DNA from: an uncultured Phycisphaerales bacterium
GTDB taxonomy: Bacteria; Planctomycetota; Phycisphaerae; Tepidisphaerales; Tepidisphaeraceae
Assembly (NCBI GenBank): GCA_963758525.1
Contig: CAVWVQ010000003.1
Location: forward strand, 4,928,001 to 4,992,000
Direction of reading: 5' to 3'
Length of the DNA: 64,000 bases
A program made the translations under genes and the position numbers. Shown here piece by piece: positions 63,223 to 64,000 of the stretch (positions are counted from its first letter, which is position 1; every line of letters begins with the position of its first letter). The notes under the pieces were generated by a model. That model did not search any database, was not told where the DNA came from, and saw nothing but the letters and a program-made list of their open reading frames with translations.

Positions 63223-64000
63223 ATGGCCCGCAACACGTCGCTTCAGAAAAAGTCAGACCATCTTTCCTTCGTCCGGCTGAGTCATCGAGCGCGGCGCTTG
63301 CACCCACGCTTTGCGGCCCATCCTCGAAGCGTTGGAACCCAGGCGGTTGCTTTCGTCGTACGTGGTCACCAACACCAGCGCGAGCGGATCAGGAAGCCTC
63401 ACCGATGCCGTTAGCGCGGCGGTGGCGAACGGCGGCGCGTCCACGATCACCTCCAGCGGAGTACCCAGCGATTCCCCGATTCACCTCAATTCCGACGACG
63501 CCAACCCCGATGGCGCGGTAGAGGGGCCCACGGTGTTCGTCATCGACGGCAGCGCTGGGACCCAAATTACAATCAATGGCTCCGGCGCCCGGGGTTTGGT
63601 AATAGGCGGGGGCTTCTATGTTCGCTTGTTCTCGATTTTCAGCGGCAATACGCTGACGCTTAAAAACCTCTCCGTTTCGGCTGGTTTTGCAGCGGGCGGT
63701 GAAGGGGGCGGCGCCTCGGGCGGGGGCGGCGCCGGGCTCGGCGGCGCGGTCTACGATGACGGCGTTACGTTCACGGCTCAAGGCTGCACTCACCAACAAC
63801 GTAGCCTCGGGAGGATACGGGGGCGGAGGGTCCGGAAACGGCGGCGGAGGCGGCCTGGGAACGGGAGCCGACGGCTTTGACGACAGTAATGGCGGCGGAG
63901 GCGGCGGCGAGCTTGGTGGGGCCGGCGGCGGAGGCGGAGGCGGTGGATTTGGTGGCGGAGGCGGGGATAATACCGCCGCGGGAGTGCCAACGGTGCGTAC
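63223..64000 (+). CDS. Surface protein paralog 9, glycine-rich type, 5' part only (frameshifts at about 63310 and 63790)
   Basis: RPILEALEPRRLLSSY..GSGSLTDAV..GGAGLGGAVYDDG, colinear with paralog 8; runs off the window end. Confidence 0.8.

Noticed and set aside
29618..64000. Diversity-generating retroelement or shufflon as the source of paralog variation
   Set aside because: No reverse transcriptase, no template/variable repeat pair with adenine-specific differences, no site-specific recombinase, and all genes are co-oriented.

Overview
High-GC bacterial DNA with Planctomycetota hallmarks (LEPRxLL leaders, DUF1559 prepilin-like gene, PEP-CTERM protein, HpnCDE); Phycisphaerae is an inference. 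About 18 genes or gene segments are broken by single-base indels that look like long-read errors. Layout: (1) 1-7.9 kb, FecR/LamG anti-sigma factor, ECF sigma factor, DUF1559 protein, small membrane protein and PEP-CTERM protein, linked by three copies of a bipartite promoter-like motif AC(A/G)CACATTC-N10-GGATATT; (2) 8-17 kb, Hsp70-like protein, AbrB/Doc toxin-antitoxin pair with a degenerate Fic motif, a MITE, two histidine kinases, and tRNA-Leu(TAA) within a cluster of REP/MITE-like repeats; (3) 17-29 kb, mostly housekeeping genes (S1-domain protein, M32 carboxypeptidase, MarC, RlmN, FolC, HpnCDE); (4) 29.6-64 kb, a co-oriented array of at least nine paralogous LEPRxLL / beta-helix / choice-of-anchor-Q / Ig-repeat surface proteins with mosaic sequence sharing, two tandem LuxR-type regulators and a TPR-sulfotransferase. 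The strongest candidates for undescribed biology are the ECF promoter and regulon, and the mosaic surface-protein array.
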